Below are positions 19,833 to 29,286 of a DNA stretch of 64,000 nucleotides, in pieces. The stretch comes from an uncultured SAR92 cluster bacterium. Its GTDB lineage: Bacteria > Pseudomonadota > Gammaproteobacteria > Pseudomonadales > Porticoccaceae. The stretch's first letter is position 1. Every line of letters starts with the position of its first letter. Location of the stretch: the NCBI GenBank assembly GCA_902604945.1, contig CACLAG010000002.1:3893-67892 (forward strand), in the 5' to 3' direction. The translations under genes and the position numbers were made by a program. The notes below the pieces were generated by a model. That model ran no database searches, was not told the DNA's origin, and was given only the letters and a program-made list of their open reading frames with translations.

Positions 19833-19859
19833 TGAACTTTTTAAAATCTTGGTGTCAAA
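19833..19859 (+). promoter_or_regulatory. Candidate extracytoplasmic-stress (sigma-E/AlgU-type) promoter: TGAACTT-N15-TCAAA
   Basis: -35 GAACTT at 19834-19839 and -10 TCAAA at 19855-19859, read directly. Canonical examples have a 16-17 nt spacer; here it is 15 nt. Confidence 0.4.
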
Positions 19860-19865
19860 GATAAA

Positions 19866-19970
19866 GCAACGCAAAGTTGCAATTTATCTCCCCCGAGAGA
19901 TGTTAGTAGATGTTAGACCCCTAAGTAGCAAGAAGCTCCTGAATCATTGAGGATTCAGGAGCTCTCTTGT
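19866..19970 (+). ncRNA. Candidate small RNA in the polA-engB spacer (positional equivalent of Spot 42/ErsA)
   Basis: Bounded by the promoter above and by the 12-bp hairpin at 19934-19963. Internal hairpins: GCAAC/GTTGC (19866-19880) and ATCTC/GAGAT with a CCCCGA loop (19886-19901). There is no ORF. The ends are estimates. Confidence 0.3.
19934..19963. terminator. Perfect 12-bp hairpin (AGCTCCTGAATC-attgag-GATTCAGGAGCT) between convergent polA and engB
   Basis: Read directly. The engB stop codon (19944-19946) lies inside it. The flanking U-tracts are only moderate on both strands. Confidence 0.55.
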
Positions 19971-20576
19971 AAACCATGAGTTTATTTTCTCTTCAAACTC
20001 CTTTAGCCCTAGCTTGCTTTTAGATGAAAATAGTTGAACAGAAATACTTGGCAAGGACAATTCCGGATCTAGCGTAAAGTTTTTTACCTTCTCTAACGTA
20101 GTTTTTAACGCATTATTTTTTTGTTTATCGGCTTTTGTTAACAATATGTGAACTTCCAGATTTGTCTGAGAACTCCACATTAGTATCTGACGGTCATATT
20201 CTGTTAAGGGATGCCTGCTATCCATTAGTAGAATTAGACCACGTAAACTTTGGCGAAATCTAAGATACTCAGACAGACTTATATCCCACTTTCTTTTGAC
20301 AGATAGTGGAACTTTGGCATAGCCATATCCTGGTAGATCTACCAATCGCTGATTTTCATTTAATTCAAAAAAATTTATTAATTGCGTTCGGCCTGGCGTC
20401 TTACTGGTTTTTGCAAGTTTCTTATTTTTTACCAATGTGTTCAGAGCGGTCGATTTTCCAGCGTTTGATCTACCTGCGAAAGCGATTTCGATTCCCTCAT
20501 CTGGTGGGCATAATGATAATTTTTGGGCACTGGATAAAAAAGAGACTTTTTGAAAATTTACCATCATAAATTGCAA
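19944..20576 (-). CDS. engB: Ribosome biogenesis GTPase EngB/YihA
   Basis: 210 aa. G1 motif AGRSNAGKST and DLPGYGYA. Conserved polA-engB pairing. Which of the N-terminal Met codons is used is uncertain. Confidence 0.92.
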   Translation of the reverse strand: MQFMMVNFQKVSFLSSAQKLSLCPPDEGIEIAFAGRSNAGKSTALNTLVKNKKLAKTSKTPGRTQLINFFELNENQRLVDLPGYGYAKVPLSVKRKWDISLSEYLRFRQSLRGLILLMDSRHPLTEYDRQILMWSSQTNLEVHILLTKADKQKNNALKTTLEKVKNFTLDPELSLPSISVQLFSSKSKLGLKEFEEKINSWFTRELLNPQ

Positions 20577-20699
20577 TTTTTTAAGATTTGTTGGTTAGAA
20601 AACTGAGTCATATGTTATATAATGCCTCTGCGGGTGCAAGAACGCCAGTGACGCGTGTTATCACGTATATAGGCTGCCCTTTTAGATTTGGAAACATGG

Positions 20700-21344
20700 A
20701 TGATTAAATATTATTTTCTCTTGATGGTTTCAGTAGTTTTGCTTTTATTTTCTGCATCATCGCAGTCTGCAGGAGATGCAGCTGCTGGAAAAAACAAAGT
20801 ACTGGTGTGCGCTGGGTGTCATGGGTCAGACGGGAACAGCTTAGTCCCAAATTTTCCCAAAATAGCAGGACTTGGCGAAAAGTATATTACTGAACAGCTG
20901 AGATTAGTTAAATCAGGTGAGAGAATTATTATGGAGATGACTGGGATATTGGACCAATCATCAGACCAAGATTTACAGGACATGGCAGCTTACTACAATC
21001 AAAAGCAGAGAACGATTGCTGGGTCAAAAGAAATTGAGTTGATTGGAATATCGGACCCAGATAAAGCTTTGGCACTTGGCGAAAAAGTCTACCGAGGCGG
21101 AAATATTGCGAATGGTGTAGCTGCATGTACGGGGTGTCACTCTCCCTCAGGCAATGGAAACGGCCCTGCAGGATATCCGGCTTTAGGTGGTCAATATGCA
21201 GAGTACATTGAGAAGCAGCTTCTGGCATACAGAAGAGGTGAGCGAGCTAGTGGTAATAACGCTTCAATCATGCAAGGGGTAGCGGCGAATCTAAGCGATA
21301 AAGAAATAAAAGCGGTGTCAAATTATATATCGGGATTGAATTAA
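20700..21344 (+). CDS. Di-heme cytochrome c4
   Basis: Signal peptide plus two CxxCH motifs (CAGCH, CTGCH). The ATG at 20700 is preferred over the TTG at 20688. engB / cc4-dsbA order as in Pseudomonas. Confidence 0.9.
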   Translation: MIKYYFLLMVSVVLLLFSASSQSAGDAAAGKNKVLVCAGCHGSDGNSLVPNFPKIAGLGEKYITEQLRLVKSGERIIMEMTGILDQSSDQDLQDMAAYYNQKQRTIAGSKEIELIGISDPDKALALGEKVYRGGNIANGVAACTGCHSPSGNGNGPAGYPALGGQYAEYIEKQLLAYRRGERASGNNASIMQGVAANLSDKEIKAVSNYISGLN

Positions 21345-21370
21345 TTCGATTTACTTGGGTCTTAATAAGC

Positions 21371-22009
21371 ATGATTAAACAAATCCAAAAATTTCGTAAA
21401 ATCGCTTTCATGGTGATATTTGCTTCTGTGGGCCTAAAAGCAGAGATGTTTGAAGCGGGAGTAGACTACGAAATTTTGCCACAAGTAATACGAACTGCTG
21501 ATTCTTCTAAAATAGAAATCAATGAAGTTTTTCATTATGGATGTGTGCACTGCTACAACTTTGAACGAGCGATGAAAACTTGGGTCGAAGATTTAGAAGA
21601 TGATGTAGATTTTCAGCGAACACCTGCTATATGGCATCCCAGCTTAGAGCCTTATGCGAGAGCATACTTTGTTGGAAGGTCTTTAAATGTTCTTGATAAA
21701 ACTCATGTTGATTTGTTCGAAGCAATTCATGTAAGAAAGGAATCAATTCAATCTGAGAATGATATTGAGAAAATATTTTCTAAACATCGAGTTGAAGGTG
21801 AAAAATTTTCCAAAGCGTACAATTCATTTGGTGTTAATAGTCAGGTTAACCAGGCAAAATCTAGAATCAAAGGTTATCGGACACAGGGAACTCCCGAATT
21901 GATTGTTAATGGAAAATACCGAATAACAACGAGAATGGGGAAAGGTTTCGAGGGGATGTTGAGAATAGCTAGTTTCTTGATAGAAAAAGAAAGACAGCTG
22001 AAATCTTGA
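21371..22009 (+). CDS. dsbA: Thiol:disulfide interchange protein DsbA
   Basis: 212 aa. Signal peptide, CVHC active site, GTPELIVNGKY C-terminal motif. Confidence 0.92.
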   Translation: MIKQIQKFRKIAFMVIFASVGLKAEMFEAGVDYEILPQVIRTADSSKIEINEVFHYGCVHCYNFERAMKTWVEDLEDDVDFQRTPAIWHPSLEPYARAYFVGRSLNVLDKTHVDLFEAIHVRKESIQSENDIEKIFSKHRVEGEKFSKAYNSFGVNSQVNQAKSRIKGYRTQGTPELIVNGKYRITTRMGKGFEGMLRIASFLIEKERQLKS

Positions 22010-22081
22010 TCTAACTCTTCTTGTTTTAACTTTTGAGTACGCTACCTCAAAACTAATCCTTCTTTATCAGGTGTTCATAAA

Positions 22082-23194
22082 ATGAAGCCATCTTTAAAGC
22101 CAAATAGTGCAAACTTTTCCTCGGGGCCCTGCGCAAAGAGGCCTGGATATAATGTTGCAAATCTTGATGTATCCGCCTTGGGAAGATCCCATCGCTCGAT
22201 AGTAGGGAAAGATTTGTTAAAAAGAGTGTGTGAAGAGACCTCCTCAGTACTAGGGTTACCAGACGATTACCGAGTTGGAGTTGTTCCAGCTTCTGATACA
22301 GGTGCATTCGAAATGGCAATGTGGTCAATGCTTGGGGAGAGACCGGTTGACCTTTGTGCATGGGAGTCTTTTGGTAAGGGATGGATTAATGATGCGGTTA
22401 ATCAGTTACGGCTGTCGGAAATTTCTTTGTTTGAGGCAGACTATGGAGATTTACCTAAACTAGAACTAACCAATAGTGAAAATGATATCGTTTTTACCTG
22501 GAACGGGACTACCTCCGGTGTAAAGGTGCCAGACTCAGATTGGATTGATAGCAATCGTCGGGGGCTAACATTTTGTGATGCGACATCGGCAGTGTTTGCT
22601 ATGGATATGCCTTGGGACAAGTTGGATGTTACTACATTTAGTTGGCAGAAGGTTTTAGGGGGTGAGGGAGCTCATGGCATGCTTATCTTAAGCCCAAGAG
22701 CCGTTGAACGTTTAGAAACTTACACGCCTTCTTGGCCTCTTCCTAAACTATTCCGATTGACCAAATCAGGGAAATTAATAGATGGGATTTTTTCGGGTCA
22801 GACTATTAATACTCCATCTTTATTATGCGCCGCAGACTATTTAGACGCATTGGAGTGGGTTAGATCTTTGGGTGGTATAAATGCAGCAATTAAAAAGTCA
22901 GAGGACAATCTAAGTGTTATCAAAGCCTTCGTCGATGAGAGAGAATGGATTAGCTTCTTAGCAAATAAAATTGAAACATTATCAAACACTAGTGTTTGTT
23001 TAAAATTAGATTTATCGGCAGAAAAAGTAAAGGAAATGACTAAATTGCTCGAATCAGAACAGGTTGCTTTCGATATTGGCTCCTACAGAGACGCGCCTGC
23101 GGGCCTTAGAATATGGTGTGGAGCAACAGTTGAGCAAGAAGACTTAATTTTGTTGATGCCATGGTTGGATTGGGCTTTTGAAAAGATTAAATAA
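22082..23194 (+). CDS. serC: Phosphoserine aminotransferase (short, ~370-aa type)
   Basis: 370 aa. [13 protein letters not shown]-terminus and [14 protein letters not shown]-lysine region. Directly upstream of serA. Confidence 0.88.
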   Translation: MKPSLKPNSANFSSGPCAKRPGYNVANLDVSALGRSHRSIVGKDLLKRVCEETSSVLGLPDDYRVGVVPASDTGAFEMAMWSMLGERPVDLCAWESFGKGWINDAVNQLRLSEISLFEADYGDLPKLELTNSENDIVFTWNGTTSGVKVPDSDWIDSNRRGLTFCDATSAVFAMDMPWDKLDVTTFSWQKVLGGEGAHGMLILSPRAVERLETYTPSWPLPKLFRLTKSGKLIDGIFSGQTINTPSLLCAADYLDALEWVRSLGGINAAIKKSEDNLSVIKAFVDEREWISFLANKIETLSNTSVCLKLDLSAEKVKEMTKLLESEQVAFDIGSYRDAPAGLRIWCGATVEQEDLILLMPWLDWAFEKIK

Positions 23195-23216
23195 ATATAA
23201 TAAATGAGATAAGTTA

Positions 23217-24386
23217 ATGTTTAATATTAAGGTTTACAACTCGATAGCAAAATCAGGACTCAGTAAGTTTGATTCTAAAAAATTTAATATAAGTACTGAG
23301 GTCGTCGAGCCTCAAGCATATCTGATGCGAAGTCATAAACTACATGGTCAGCCTATTCCATCGTCTCTTGTGGCTTTAGCAAGAGCAGGTGCAGGAGTAA
23401 ATAATATTCCGGTGGAGGAATATACAGAGAGAGGTATTGTTGTATTTAATACTCCTGGAGCAAACGCAAATGCCGTCAAGGAATTAATAGTAGCTAGTTT
23501 ATTAATTGGATCGAGGGATATTATAGGTGGGATCGAATATGCTAATGCTTTGATAGGTATTAATGATTTTGCAGAAATGAACCGCTTGTTAGAAAAAGAA
23601 AAAAAGCGATTCGCAGGAGAAGAAATTTTTGGAAAGACTTTAGGGATTGTGGGATTAGGTGCAATAGGATCTATGGTAGCTAATTTAGGTTCCAGTTTAG
23701 GCATGAAAGTGATTGGTTATGATCCAGCCATCTCAGTAGAGACTGCATGGCAACTATCAAGTAAAGTAAAAAGAATGGATAGTTTAGAAACCTTATTAAG
23801 CCAATCTGATTTTGTCACACTCCATGTTCCAGCTATCCCGTCAACTAAGGATCTTATTAATAGTAAAAATCTCCGTAAGATGAAACCTTCAGCCAAGCTC
23901 TTAAACTTTGCCCGGGCAGAAATAGTGAACTTAAATGATTTAATTTATGCTATCGAAAACAAAGTAATTGGCGGATATATCAGTGACTTCCCAATGCCAG
24001 GGATGATTGGATTAAAAAATGTCCTATTGATGCCACATATTGGAGCGAGTACGAAGGAAGCAGAAGAAAATTGTGCGATAATGGCGTCAGAGCAATTAAT
24101 TGATTTTTTAGAAAATGGAAACATTATAAATTCTGTGAACTTCCCCTCCACTGAAATGGCTCGTACTGACGGCACTCGGATAACCTTTACCAACGAAAAC
24201 ATTCCGAAAGTTCTTGGACAAGTCTTATCAGTCTTTGCTGACCTAAACTTAAATATTATAGATATGGTGAATAAAAGCCGAGGAGATATTGCTTATAATA
24301 TTATAGATGTGGAGGGGAAAATTGATTTGGCTATTGATAGAAACATTGCAAATATAAGTGGAATAGTTAATGCCCGAAAGCTTTAA
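23217..24386 (+). CDS. serA: D-3-phosphoglycerate dehydrogenase with C-terminal ACT domain
   Basis: 389 aa. GIVGLGAIGSMVA NAD-binding motif. 2-hydroxyacid dehydrogenase catalytic region (MPHIGAST). ACT-like C-terminus. Confidence 0.9.
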   Translation: MFNIKVYNSIAKSGLSKFDSKKFNISTEVVEPQAYLMRSHKLHGQPIPSSLVALARAGAGVNNIPVEEYTERGIVVFNTPGANANAVKELIVASLLIGSRDIIGGIEYANALIGINDFAEMNRLLEKEKKRFAGEEIFGKTLGIVGLGAIGSMVANLGSSLGMKVIGYDPAISVETAWQLSSKVKRMDSLETLLSQSDFVTLHVPAIPSTKDLINSKNLRKMKPSAKLLNFARAEIVNLNDLIYAIENKVIGGYISDFPMPGMIGLKNVLLMPHIGASTKEAEENCAIMASEQLIDFLENGNIINSVNFPSTEMARTDGTRITFTNENIPKVLGQVLSVFADLNLNIIDMVNKSRGDIAYNIIDVEGKIDLAIDRNIANISGIVNARKL

Positions 24387-24459
24387 GAGTGTTCGTGATT
24401 CTACAATGCTATATTCATATGCATTTTAAGATAAAAATTATGAAATTATTGGTACAAAT

Positions 24460-26331
24460 ATGAGTAAGGTTTTACCAGTCATAGTAGGTTTTGGAGGATA
24501 TAATTCTGCCGGTCGGAGTTCCTTCCATCAAGGGTTCAAACGCACGATTATAGAATCATTGAACGAAGAAGATAAGCGTAACACTATTTTGAGTCTTGCC
24601 TGTTTAATGGGCTTAGTCTCTTGGAAAGATGATACTTACATAAGTGCATCGGGTGAATTTTTAGATGAAGAAGAAGTTGTTAAAGCTTACGAGGGAATTG
24701 TGCTCGCAGGTACATTAATTCGTGAGATCGAGCATTTTGATAGCCGTGCTATTCCAGGGAATAAAAAAATCAACTTTTCCTCTGAAAAGAAATTAGTTTT
24801 TAAAATGTTGAAAAGAGATTTGCCCGAGTACCCCCCTAAAGATTGGAAGATAAAAATATTACCTAATTCGGAAGTAGAGGTTACCTCGAGTGGTAAAACC
24901 GAATTTTTTGTTTCCTCACGTTATGAACTGAGCTCAAAAGCTGCGGGGCAGTTACCTAAAGGGTTCTGCCCTGGGTCTTATTATACTTCGAGGTTTCATC
25001 CAAGGGGTTTGCAAATGGCAATACTCGGAGTGAATGATGCGCTCAATTCTGTGGGTATTCCGTGGGATCTCTTGAGTAAAAATCTTAGCCCAAATGAGTT
25101 GGGAGTCTACTCATCGAGCGTATTTGGTCAAGTAAATGAAGAAGCTTTCGGAGGGCTTTTTAAATCAAGATTAAGAGGAGATAGAACAACGTCAAAACAA
25201 GTTCCACTAGCCTTAAATTCAATGCCTGCAGATTTTATAAATGCCTATGTATTGGGGAATATAGGGCATACGGAGGCAACTACTGGCGCATGTGCTAGTT
25301 TCTTATATACGGTTAATAGCGCAATAAGAGATATTCAAGCAGGCCGATGCCGCTTAGCCGTTGTAGGTAATTCCGAAGCGCCGATCACTCCTGAGATGTC
25401 TGAAGGTCTGTCTAGTATGAGTGCTCTGGTTACAGAAGATGGATTAAAAAGAATAGACGGTTTGGATAAAGTAAACTGGCGATCCTCGAGCCGACCTTTT
25501 GGGGAAAATTGTGGATTTACCTTGGCCGAGGCTTCTCAATATATTATTTTAATGGACGACAAACTAGCACTGGAATTAGGGGCTATCATTTATGGAGCAT
25601 TCCCGGGAGTCTTTGTAAACGCGGATGGCATCAAGAAATCCATATCTGCTCCGGGGCCTGGGAACTATTTATGTTTTGCAAGAGCAGTGTCATCAGCAAT
25701 AAGTTTGCTTGGAGCAAAGAGTATTCAAAATAATAGTTTTGTTCACGCACACGGATCTAGTACGCCTGCCAATAGAACAACTGAATCAGAGGTACTAGAT
25801 AGGGTGGCAGAGGCGTTTGATATTTTCGATTGGCCTGTGGCAGCAGTAAAATCATACGTTGGTCACAGTATGGCCGCTGCAAGTGGTGATCAGGTAGTTT
25901 CGGCATTGGGTACTTTTTCTTATCAGGTGATTCCGGGTATTAAAACCATTGACAGGATTGCTAAAGATGTCAGTCAAGAAAGATTGTCTTTTTTACTGCA
26001 TGATAAAGATGTCAGCTCGAATCCAATGGACGTTGCCTTCATTAATTCCAAGGGTTTTGGAGGTAATAATGCAAGTGGTTATGTCATTTCTCCAAAGAAG
26101 TCGGAGGAATTATTGATGCTGAAATACTCAGATAAAGACTTTTCTAATTATTTAACTCGGCGGGAGGTCGCCCTAGAGAGAGCAAGCGTTTACCGAAAAA
26201 GCGCAGATCGAGGAGACTTGGATATCATTTATAAATTTGGTGAAGAGCAAATAGAAGATTCTAAAATTAAAATTTCAAAAAGTGGAATTAGTATTCCCGG
26301 TTATGAGAAAGATATTTCATTTGATGAGTAA
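24460..26331 (+). CDS. fabY: FabY-class beta-ketoacyl-ACP synthase (long KAS I/II-like initiating condensing enzyme)
   Basis: 623 aa. Cys-His-His condensing triad context (TGACASFLY, HAHGSSTPANR, YVGHSMAAASG). Segments VIVGFGGYNSAGRSS, SRFHPRGLQM, RPFGENCGFTLAE and INSKGFGGNNASG match my memory of P. aeruginosa PA5174/FabY. Confidence 0.72.
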   Translation: MSKVLPVIVGFGGYNSAGRSSFHQGFKRTIIESLNEEDKRNTILSLACLMGLVSWKDDTYISASGEFLDEEEVVKAYEGIVLAGTLIREIEHFDSRAIPGNKKINFSSEKKLVFKMLKRDLPEYPPKDWKIKILPNSEVEVTSSGKTEFFVSSRYELSSKAAGQLPKGFCPGSYYTSRFHPRGLQMAILGVNDALNSVGIPWDLLSKNLSPNELGVYSSSVFGQVNEEAFGGLFKSRLRGDRTTSKQVPLALNSMPADFINAYVLGNIGHTEATTGACASFLYTVNSAIRDIQAGRCRLAVVGNSEAPITPEMSEGLSSMSALVTEDGLKRIDGLDKVNWRSSSRPFGENCGFTLAEASQYIILMDDKLALELGAIIYGAFPGVFVNADGIKKSISAPGPGNYLCFARAVSSAISLLGAKSIQNNSFVHAHGSSTPANRTTESEVLDRVAEAFDIFDWPVAAVKSYVGHSMAAASGDQVVSALGTFSYQVIPGIKTIDRIAKDVSQERLSFLLHDKDVSSNPMDVAFINSKGFGGNNASGYVISPKKSEELLMLKYSDKDFSNYLTRREVALERASVYRKSADRGDLDIIYKFGEEQIEDSKIKISKSGISIPGYEKDISFDE

Positions 26332-27105
26332 TCACTGATCACCAATTAAAGACAAAATAAAATTATCCAAAGATTTTACAAAGGCCAAATCAACTTCTCT
26401 GCCATGATTGATAATTATCGTTTTTGTTGAAAAATTCGTATTTTCTTTATTCTCATTTATTAGAAATTTCCCTCCATGTATCGCAACTAAACTTCCAGTG
26501 TTTCGGTCGATAATTGCACCCCCTGAGTTCCCTGCTTTTGAATCACAGTTATGTAATAGAATGCCATCGAGCTTTAAGATTTCGGAACGTGTTCTCTCGC
26601 ATGGATTGTTTAATATTATTTTGTCAGAAAAGCTATCGAAGCCAATAGAGACTAAATTTACTTCACTCTTTCCAGTTTCTTTTAGCCTTATTCCCGGCGA
26701 GGACACACTATTTTTGATATAAAAAAAAATATAGTCATTGGCAGCCTTATCAATATCATTGTCAAGAGGAGAGTAATTAGTGTTTGAGATCTTATCAAAA
26801 GGTCTTTTATTAAATCGGCTATTACCTAATTTTAAAAAGCAGTTTTTATACCTCCTACCATTCTCTTTATCGAAAAGTGTGTGTGCAGCTGTTACAAAAA
26901 TAGATCCTTTTTCTAATTCTCGAGGGGATAAAAGAACCTTTGTGCCAAGCCCACGGAGAACGTTATCACATTCAATTGTTCCAAAAGAGTCTGTTAGTTC
27001 AATCATTTCCTGCTCTAACTCTCGGTCGGATTTTGCATTATTGGAAATAATAGCCAAAAACGCGATCCAAATTATGAAACGAGTTTTTATGTAAGGTCTC
27101 CCCAT
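26332..27105 (-). CDS. Secreted trypsin-like (S1 family) serine protease
   Basis: 257 aa. Signal peptide (FIIWIAFLAIISNNA). His (TAAHT), Asp (ANDY) and Ser (GNSGGAI) triad contexts. Confidence 0.8.
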   Translation of the reverse strand: MGRPYIKTRFIIWIAFLAIISNNAKSDRELEQEMIELTDSFGTIECDNVLRGLGTKVLLSPRELEKGSIFVTAAHTLFDKENGRRYKNCFLKLGNSRFNKRPFDKISNTNYSPLDNDIDKAANDYIFFYIKNSVSSPGIRLKETGKSEVNLVSIGFDSFSDKIILNNPCERTRSEILKLDGILLHNCDSKAGNSGGAIIDRNTGSLVAIHGGKFLINENKENTNFSTKTIIINHGREVDLAFVKSLDNFILSLIGDQ

Positions 27106-27818
27106 TTTGATTGAATGATACTTAATGCCGCTAATGGTGCTGTCTCGGTCCGGAGTATTCTTGGGCCGAGCGAGATCGCGTCAAATCCAATTTCTTTTGC
27201 TATAGTTATCTCTTTCTTTGAGAAACCCCCTTCTGGACCTGAGGCTATTGAAATCTCATTTTTGACGGAACCGATTGATTTAAGAGTTTTATTGCACCCA
27301 GGCGTGAGTATTATTTTTTTTCCTGACGAATTTGAAGTTACAGCATCTGAAAAGCTTTGAATTTGCTCAATAGTGGGAAGACAATTGCGCCCTGATTGCT
27401 GACATGCGTTTATTATAATTTTTTGCCAGTGATTTAGTTTATGGGATAAATTAATTTTTTTAATTTTGATATCAGAGTAATCCGTTTCAATGGGTGTGAT
27501 AGAGGAAATTCCAAGTTCTGTCGCTTTTTGAATGATCATATCAAACCTGTTGCTTCGAGATATGGCGATAAGCAACCTAGTTTTTATGGGAGAATCGGTA
27601 TTCTTCGTTATCTGTGTTTTTATTGAAATTAATACAGATTTTTTTTGTATTTCTTGAATATATCCGTGATATTCATAACCAGTTCCATTAAATAGGATAA
27701 CTTCGTTTTTTATTTTTAATCTTAAAACTGCCGTAACATAACGCGATTCTGCCTCTTCTAGATTGATACAATCGTCTTTTTGGATATCAATAGAAACAAA
27801 TATTCGAGGGACTCTCAC
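27087..27818 (-). CDS. rsmE: 16S rRNA (uracil1498-N3)-methyltransferase RsmE
   Basis: 243 aa. PUA-like N-terminus and SPOUT C-terminus (GPEGGF, LGPRILRTETA). Confidence 0.9.
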   Translation of the reverse strand: MRVPRIFVSIDIQKDDCINLEEAESRYVTAVLRLKIKNEVILFNGTGYEYHGYIQEIQKKSVLISIKTQITKNTDSPIKTRLLIAISRSNRFDMIIQKATELGISSITPIETDYSDIKIKKINLSHKLNHWQKIIINACQQSGRNCLPTIEQIQSFSDAVTSNSSGKKIILTPGCNKTLKSIGSVKNEISIASGPEGGFSKKEITIAKEIGFDAISLGPRILRTETAPLAALSIIQSKWGDLT

Positions 27819-27864
27819 TGAAATCCCTCATCTATTCAACAGATAAATGGCAATTATTACTAAT

Positions 27865-29253
27865 TTAGTATTTGTAGGCATCGTTTTTAAATGGGCCATT
27901 AACTGATACACCAATATAACTTGCTTGTTCGTCTGAAAGTTTGGTGATTACGCCTCCAAATCCAGAAACCATATAGCTTGCTACTTCCTCATCTAAATTT
28001 TTTGGCAGAACTTCTACCGCTAGGCACTTCGCTTTTTCTTCGGATGTTTGAGTAGCAAATTGACGCTTGTATAGTTCCATCTGCGCTAATACCTGATTGG
28101 CAAAAGATCCATCCATAATTCGGCTGGGGTGACCCGTAGCATTTCCTAGGTTCACCAATCGGCCCTCCGCAAGAAGTAACAAGTGATCATTTTTACTTTC
28201 ATCTCTATAGATTTTATGAACCTGAGGTTTTACTTCCTCCCAAGTCCAAGTCTCCCTCATATATGCAGTATCGATCTCATTATCAAAATGTCCAATGTTT
28301 GCAACAACACAACCGGACTTTAAATTACTGAGAATGCTCTCTCCACATACATTAAAATTTCCAGTGCTTGTGACAAGCAAGTCAGTGTTTTGAAGAAGCG
28401 AAATATCTACGCCATGAGATGGATTTCCATCGATATAAGTCGATACTACTTCAAATCCATCAAGGCAGGCTTGCATTGCACATATAGGATCAACTTCAGT
28501 AACCTTGACTATCATTCCTTCTTGACGTAAGGATTGAGCAGAGCCTTTCCCAACATCTCCATACCCAATAACAACAGCTTTTTTCCCCGATAAAAGATGA
28601 TCGGTTGCACGCTTTATCGCATCGTTAAGGCTATGCCTGCATCCATATTTATTGTCACACTTGGACTTAGTTACTGAGTCATTTACGTTTATCGCGGGTA
28701 CCAATAATTCTCCCTTTTCTAACATTTCGTATAGTCGATGAACTCCCGTTGTTGTCTCTTCTGTAATACCGTGAACATTTTCTAAAACTTCTGGAAATTT
28801 ATTATGCAAGAGTGCGGTTAGATCTCCTCCGTCATCAAGTACCATATTTGCGTCCCATGGTTTTCCGTCCTTGAGCACTTGCTGCTCTAGACACCATTCA
28901 TACTCTTCTTCAGTTTCTCCTTTCCACGCAAAAACAGGAGTACCTCCGGCAGCAACTGCGGCAGCGGCATGATCTTGTGTTGAAAATATGTTGCATGAGG
29001 TCCATCGTACATCGGCTCCCAAACTTTTTAGTGTCTCAATAAGAACAGCTGTCTGTATGGTCATGTGAATACAACCAAGAATTCTTGCACCCGCCAAAGG
29101 TTGCTCAGTTTGATACTTATCTCGCAACGCCATTAATGCTGGCATTTCTGTTTCTGCTATTATTATTTCCTTTCTGCCCCAATCCGCTAAGCTTATATCT
29201 GCTACTTTAAAGTCATTGAAGTTTTGGTCTATTTTTTCTGCTGCTGAAATCAT
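27865..29253 (-). CDS. ahcY: Adenosylhomocysteinase
   Basis: 462 aa. [12 protein letters not shown] motif, GHFDNEID, long bacterial-type form. Confidence 0.96.
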   Translation of the reverse strand: MISAAEKIDQNFNDFKVADISLADWGRKEIIIAETEMPALMALRDKYQTEQPLAGARILGCIHMTIQTAVLIETLKSLGADVRWTSCNIFSTQDHAAAAVAAGGTPVFAWKGETEEEYEWCLEQQVLKDGKPWDANMVLDDGGDLTALLHNKFPEVLENVHGITEETTTGVHRLYEMLEKGELLVPAINVNDSVTKSKCDNKYGCRHSLNDAIKRATDHLLSGKKAVVIGYGDVGKGSAQSLRQEGMIVKVTEVDPICAMQACLDGFEVVSTYIDGNPSHGVDISLLQNTDLLVTSTGNFNVCGESILSNLKSGCVVANIGHFDNEIDTAYMRETWTWEEVKPQVHKIYRDESKNDHLLLLAEGRLVNLGNATGHPSRIMDGSFANQVLAQMELYKRQFATQTSEEKAKCLAVEVLPKNLDEEVASYMVSGFGGVITKLSDEQASYIGVSVNGPFKNDAYKY

Positions 29254-29286
29254 TACAAATATCCTTTTTGTTAGATTGCGTTTTCT

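Noticed and set aside
19806-19841. AT-rich inverted repeat AAAAGTTCA...TGAACTTTT right after the polA stop, considered as the polA terminator
   Set aside because: The stem is almost entirely A/T with a 17-nt loop, so it is thermodynamically weak. Its 3' arm coincides with the putative sigma-E -35 element, which I consider the more informative reading.
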